This document shows, piece by piece, positions 53,193 through 57,421 of a DNA stretch of 57,421 nucleotides. The notes beneath the pieces are model-generated. The model was not told the DNA's origin. It did not search any database and saw only the letters and a program-made list of their open reading frames with translations. The DNA is from Candidatus Komeilibacteria bacterium CG_4_10_14_0_2_um_filter_37_10 (GTDB taxonomy: Bacteria; Patescibacteriota; Patescibacteriia; UBA1558). The stretch covers positions 1 through 57,421 of the forward strand of contig PFPO01000073.1 in NCBI GenBank assembly GCA_002793075.1. The letters are read 5' to 3'. Numbering within the stretch: position 1 is the stretch's first letter; every line of letters begins with the position of its first letter. A program made the position numbers and the translations under genes.

Positions 53193-54639
53193 GATAATTA
53201 TACTTTAAATAACGATAAATCCGATCAAACCAAGTTCCCGAATCCTGATAGTCTAAACTAATACTCTTAATTATTAGAGGGTTTTCTTGGCTACTACCAG
53301 GACAAGCAATAATAAATCTTAATTTATTTTGTTCAATGGCGGCACGATCTAAAGAAAAATTTACTGATCCTGAAGCAATGTTATTGATTATAATTGGCGG
53401 TATATAAGCGGCAATAAAATAAGAAAAGTTGGAGTTATTATTAATAATTTCTAAATTATTGATATTTGGCTCAAAAAACATTGACCAATCAAAAGCAAAA
53501 AGACCATTACCGCTGATCATCATATCACTTTTGGGAATTATTAATTTACTCAGTCCCGATAATTTTTTGAGCGAATACTTTCTTTGTAACTCCTTAATTG
53601 TCAAGCTAGTATTATTAACCGTGACTGTTTGTAATCCGGCAGGGTGACTGGTGGAAAATTCTAGGGTTGTACTGTTGGTAATTAATTTATTTTCCTTAAT
53701 TGGTATAATTGGGTTACCATCACGATATTCAGTGGAGTTAGCCAAATAAAGAATTTTATTAAAAGTTAAGTAGCGATGTTTGGTTTCAATACTGGTAGTA
53801 AAAATATCATAACCAGCTAAAAACTCTACTTGGTAAACGCCCTCTGTTAATTGATCATTGTGAATATTAATATATCTCTTGGGTATCGGTGCCACGCCTG
53901 TGGTTGAGTAGCCATCATCATTAACGCGAATGGTGTCAACTAGCTCACCGAATTCATTTTTAATATTAATAACAATATTATCTTCATTGTTAGCTCGATT
54001 ATAATCCAGAATTTCTAAACGATAATCAAGACCTTTTTTGATGTAAGTATAAAAACTATAATCACCACGTAGGACATAATCAAATCTTCTTTGCTCCGAC
54101 CAATCACTGTAATTATTAATCTGAAATTTATGATGCAGCGACATATTGTAGGAAGCAATATTATTAGTTAATTGCTCTGACTGATTTTCTAGAAATGACT
54201 CAATGGAACTAAATTCGCTTTGCTTTTGCCATAATGTATAACCGCGCTGTGTTATTTGGGACCAATTTAGTTGAGCAAATGAATCATTATAAACTGTCTG
54301 TAATTGATATGACCAGTCATTACTACTATTCTGTTTTAAACCAATCTTTAAGGTGTCACAGCTACGACTATCAAAATTTAAACCAATGCTTACTATTGAT
54401 GCTGGATAAGGTAAACGAGCGGTAAAATAAACTGGCTCCTGGGTAATCTGCCAATTAGTATCTACTATTTCTATCCGATTAGCCGGAAATAAATCACCAA
54501 TGATTGCTGATTGTTGATAAGGTTGACGCCAAGCCGTCAAATTGTTTATTAAACCACTATCATAAGCAACAAAAAAAATAGGAACTAAAATAGCCATTAA
54601 TAAAAATATTGAATCAACTAATCTATTTGTTTTTGACAT
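53185..54639 (-). CDS. hypothetical N-terminally anchored extracytoplasmic protein (484 aa)
   Basis: Single N-terminal TM helix (SIFLLMAILVPIFFVAY), then a beta-rich, N/S/T-rich body. Its start overlaps the GT-C gene by 17 nt. Confidence 0.55.
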   Translation of the reverse strand: MSKTNRLVDSIFLLMAILVPIFFVAYDSGLINNLTAWRQPYQQSAIIGDLFPANRIEIVDTNWQITQEPVYFTARLPYPASIVSIGLNFDSRSCDTLKIGLKQNSSNDWSYQLQTVYNDSFAQLNWSQITQRGYTLWQKQSEFSSIESFLENQSEQLTNNIASYNMSLHHKFQINNYSDWSEQRRFDYVLRGDYSFYTYIKKGLDYRLEILDYNRANNEDNIVINIKNEFGELVDTIRVNDDGYSTTGVAPIPKRYINIHNDQLTEGVYQVEFLAGYDIFTTSIETKHRYLTFNKILYLANSTEYRDGNPIIPIKENKLITNSTTLEFSTSHPAGLQTVTVNNTSLTIKELQRKYSLKKLSGLSKLIIPKSDMMISGNGLFAFDWSMFFEPNINNLEIINNNSNFSYFIAAYIPPIIINNIASGSVNFSLDRAAIEQNKLRFIIACPGSSQENPLIIKSISLDYQDSGTWFDRIYRYLKYNYHE

Positions 54640-56260
54640 TTTGAATTTGGTAAAGACTCATTTGACCATACCCGATCGTTGTTTTTTCCAAATACCACTG
54701 ATAACGACGGTATTTACTATTTAAATAGGCTAAATCCTTTTCCGCGTAATTATAATCCCACCAGTAAACGGGATATTCTTGAAGTAAGGGAGTTATGCGT
54801 TGATAATCAACATCGTAAAATAAATTAAAAATTGTTTGGCGTGCCGGAAAAAATATTTTGTCATTACGACCAGCAATAATAATAGCGCGCTGATCTACTC
54901 GTTCTAACACGCTACTGGCAATATTCTGATAGTTTAAAATATTATTTTTGATAGCGATAATCCCCTCTTGTTTTTCTAAATAGACAGCGGGAAAACTATA
55001 CGCTGACCAAACTAACAAAATACTAATAAAAAATAAATACGTAGCTACTTTTACACGCTTCGTTAATAATCTAATACCCAGCGCTATGGTGATTGACATC
55101 AGAATATAGATGGGTAACCAATAGCGCACATAAGAAGTGCCGATAGTTATCGCTCGCGGATTGGGATTATCACTAAATTTCCAACTACCATAATAAACTA
55201 GAACGATAACGCTAACAACCATAAAAATTATCAAGATTAATAAGTTCTTGCGATAAACTTTATTTTGCTTATTTAATAGGGATAATAATATTGGCCATAA
55301 GGCTAAAATAAATAAAGTGGTTTGCCAAGAAAATATCAATTTCAAATAATTCTGCGCATTAAATATAATAGTTGATAAATCAAAACCAAAAGGTAATAAA
55401 TATTTTCCAATAAACCATTGTTCGGACAATATGGAGTTACTTACTATTTGATAACCGATATTTAGGGGGGAACCAAAGTTAATAATATTGAAATAAAAAA
55501 ACGGTAGGAGTGCTAAACAAAAAGTTGGCAAAGCAAACAATATTTGTGACCAGCAATATTTTTTTTTGTTGAAAATTAGCAGTATTAATAAAAGTGGACC
55601 CAGCCAAATAAATTCTGATGGTCGAATGAGTACTGCTAAGCCCACAAACAAACCAGAGAGCATCATTATTAAATTACTTTTTTTCTCAATAGCCAGATAG
55701 CCAAAGTAAATTGCCATAAATATTAAGGAACAAACAGGTACATTCGGCACCATGGGGCGGCTAGCATAATACCAATACGCTGGTGTAATCATAATTAATA
55801 TAACTGACATCAAACCAACTCGTGGACCATAAATCTTCTTGAGTAATAAGTATAGTAAGATTAAAGAAGTTGTCGTCAATAACGAGGAAAATAATAAAAT
55901 TAAACTATCATTATGAAAAATTTTCGCAAAGGATGCCGCTAAATACGATAAACCGATAAATCCAGTTGGTACTAAATTATGATTGACAATTTTTAAACTG
56001 CGCGGAGAAACTAAATCACCTGCTAATAATGAGGGATTACTAAATTGCAAAAAAGTATCTTGATGATAATAATTCTGCGCTGCCCAATAATAGGCTGTTT
56101 CGTCGGGAGAATTAAAAATTAAACGGTTAGTAGCGCTATCGTTGCTCGTAAATGGCAAAAAATTAAAGTAATTAATAATCAAAAAAAAGATGATGGCTGT
56201 TAGCAAAACAACCACAAAATGCCAGTCAATGTTTAAATCTTTAATCTTTCTTTCTAGCAT
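54623..56260 (-). CDS. GT-C fold glycosyltransferase, ArnT/PMT (GT39/GT83)-like
   Basis: 545 aa and about 12 TM segments. A DE motif in the first extracytoplasmic loop (NSPDETAYYWAAQ). C-terminal soluble domain. Confidence 0.65.
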   Translation of the reverse strand: MLERKIKDLNIDWHFVVVLLTAIIFFLIINYFNFLPFTSNDSATNRLIFNSPDETAYYWAAQNYYHQDTFLQFSNPSLLAGDLVSPRSLKIVNHNLVPTGFIGLSYLAASFAKIFHNDSLILLFSSLLTTTSLILLYLLLKKIYGPRVGLMSVILIMITPAYWYYASRPMVPNVPVCSLIFMAIYFGYLAIEKKSNLIMMLSGLFVGLAVLIRPSEFIWLGPLLLILLIFNKKKYCWSQILFALPTFCLALLPFFYFNIINFGSPLNIGYQIVSNSILSEQWFIGKYLLPFGFDLSTIIFNAQNYLKLIFSWQTTLFILALWPILLSLLNKQNKVYRKNLLILIIFMVVSVIVLVYYGSWKFSDNPNPRAITIGTSYVRYWLPIYILMSITIALGIRLLTKRVKVATYLFFISILLVWSAYSFPAVYLEKQEGIIAIKNNILNYQNIASSVLERVDQRAIIIAGRNDKIFFPARQTIFNLFYDVDYQRITPLLQEYPVYWWDYNYAEKDLAYLNSKYRRYQWYLEKTTIGYGQMSLYQIQNVKNK

Positions 56261-56266
56261 CTTTTC

Positions 56267-56275
56267 ATTATATCA
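56267..56275 (-). promoter_or_regulatory. extended -10 element giving a leaderless GT-C mRNA
   Basis: The minus strand reads TGaTATAAT (56275-56267), then gaaaag (6 nt), then the ATG at 56260. Confidence 0.4.
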
Positions 56276-56305
56276 AAATATTAGTGATTATGATAAAATA
56301 ATAAG

Positions 56306-57421
56306 ATGAAATTGAATAAATGGCTCCTGAGTTTACTGTTGCTAATTATTACTACCCTATCATTGTTTGCGCCTTGGGGATGGTTAAAATTATCTTTGGC
56401 AATTTTAAATTTGCTAACACTGTCCATTATTTATGGCTATTGGCAAGAAGGTAAAAAGCAAATTTTAGTTAATTTATTATCAGGATATTTATTACTATTC
56501 TCTCTCATTGTCATTATTAATGCTCTGCTGTTATTTTATTGGGAAATTAGTTATTTAAGTAACCTCATACTTTATTTAATATTTGTTGCTGGTGCTCTGA
56601 TTATTATTAAACAAAAGGAGATCGTTGGCGAGATAAATTTTTCTTGGCCCGTTAATTTTTTACATCCTACTAAAAAAATTGTGATTTATCTATTGTATTG
56701 GTTAATTATCTGTTCCCTAATTATTCTCTTTACGCAAATTTTTTTTCATCGTAGTGAGCAAATAATTTTTTCGATTTGGCAAATATTACCGTCGAATTTT
56801 TTACTTTTCTATCTATTGCTCATCATCAGTCTATTTGTTTATTTAACAGTTGCTACTACTGGTAAAAATATTGCCCTAATGTCTATTCTTTTTTTAAGTT
56901 CTGGTTTGGGAGTAATGATCTACCGATTAAATTACGGATTTGATCCTTTTATTCATCAAGCTACAGAAAGTATTATCTGGGGGCAAGGATTTGTGACACC
57001 GCGTCCGATCTATTACCTTGGTTATTATGGAATTATTAATTTCTTTCAGCATTTTTTATCCCTCAGCAATGTTCTTATCGATCGTTATATTACCATCATC
57101 AATTATGCTATTATTTTGCCTCTGACTATCAATCAGTGGTCAACCATTAAAAGGTATCATTACTGGCCAGCCGCACCATTATTTTTACTACTTTTACCCT
57201 TAACGACCATCGCTTTAAATACGCCGCAAGCTCTAGCTAATGTTTTGTTACTTATTACTATTTTTTTGTTACTAGCTGATGATCTCAGAAATAAAAATTA
57301 CTTATTACTATTACTGGGACTGACAACGATATTGATTCATCCGTTAAGCGGCATACCATTAATTTTCTGTTTGCTCTTTTATTTCTATCATTTCTATGTT
57401 AGCGACAAAACTAAAAAAAAT
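56306..57421 (+). CDS. polytopic membrane protein, unknown function (partial; continues beyond the window)
   Basis: Absent from the ORF track because it has no stop in the window. I translated 372 uninterrupted codons from the ATG at 56306 (MKLNKWLLSLLLLIITTLSL...). They contain many hydrophobic helices. TAAAAT lies 6 nt upstream of the ATG. Confidence 0.6.
   Translation, partial: MKLNKWLLSLLLLIITTLSLFAPWGWLKLSLAILNLLTLSIIYGYWQEGKKQILVNLLSGYLLLFSLIVIINALLLFYWEISYLSNLILYLIFVAGALIIIKQKEIVGEINFSWPVNFLHPTKKIVIYLLYWLIICSLIILFTQIFFHRSEQIIFSIWQILPSNFLLFYLLLIISLFVYLTVATTGKNIALMSILFLSSGLGVMIYRLNYGFDPFIHQATESIIWGQGFVTPRPIYYLGYYGIINFFQHFLSLSNVLIDRYITIINYAIILPLTINQWSTIKRYHYWPAAPLFLLLLPLTTIALNTPQALANVLLLITIFLLLADDLRNKNYLLLLLGLTTILIHPLSGIPLIFCLLFYFYHFYVSDKTKKN

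Noticed and set aside
1-57421. CRISPR arrays, rRNA genes, additional tRNAs
   Set aside because: No regularly spaced direct repeats were seen. Intergenic gaps are nearly all under 120 nt. Only one T-loop-like GGTTCGAATCC was noticed in my by-eye reading of the intergenic gaps, and it belongs to tRNA-Gln.

Overview
AT-rich, very gene-dense bacterial chromosomal window; hand counts of several 60-nt lines give about 25-47% G+C, mostly near one third. Stop-codon usage is standard: TGA ends murD, ftsW, murC and a NUDIX gene at ATGA overlaps. Tiny intergenic gaps, trimmed housekeeping proteins, many envelope glycosyltransferase/PEGA/GT-C genes and almost no Shine-Dalgarno motifs suggest a reduced-genome Patescibacteria/CPR-like organism; that assignment is an inference. 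All family calls rest on motif recognition in the supplied translations, with no searches run. Gene order: an intact IS30-family transposase at the left edge; a cysteine desulfurase; a partial dcw cluster (mraY-murD-ftsW-murG-murC-murB); a lone opposite-strand orphan; secA; an accessory block with four NUDIX hydrolases, a GNAT, a short PPase-like protein, a YqfO-insert-like protein and an AT-rich HExxH orphan; mnmA; a minimal alaS; infA-rpmJ-rpsM-rpsK-rpsD-rpoA-rplQ-rplM-rpsI; a seven-gene Wzx/Wzy-type glycan cluster; lysS-serS and an FtsQ-like gene; on the minus strand an M23 peptidase, gltX and a TagA-family GT; then one tight plus-strand unit (radical SAM, secreted repeat protein, LigB/Memo-like, PriA-like, def, fmt); a minus-strand cyclophilin-anchor-processive GT2 unit; tRNA-Gln; rplI, an S41 peptidase and murA; and a PEGA/GT-C envelope block running off the right edge. 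Items most worth a second look: (1) the AmmeMemoRadiSam-type radical SAM gene is split exactly at a T_TTT_TTT slippery heptamer, and a -1 shift restores one 335-aa protein. (2) The PriA homolog sits in canonical priA-def-fmt synteny but has lost Walker A and DExH. (3) RpoA lacks the alpha-CTD and ends in an AT-hook-like KRGRPKK. (4) AlaRS is a minimal form. (5) Several operon heads carry TATAAT or TAAAAT 5-7 nt upstream of the ATG, suggesting leaderless mRNAs. (6) The four-NUDIX island. No CRISPR array, rRNA or recognisable defence system was seen.
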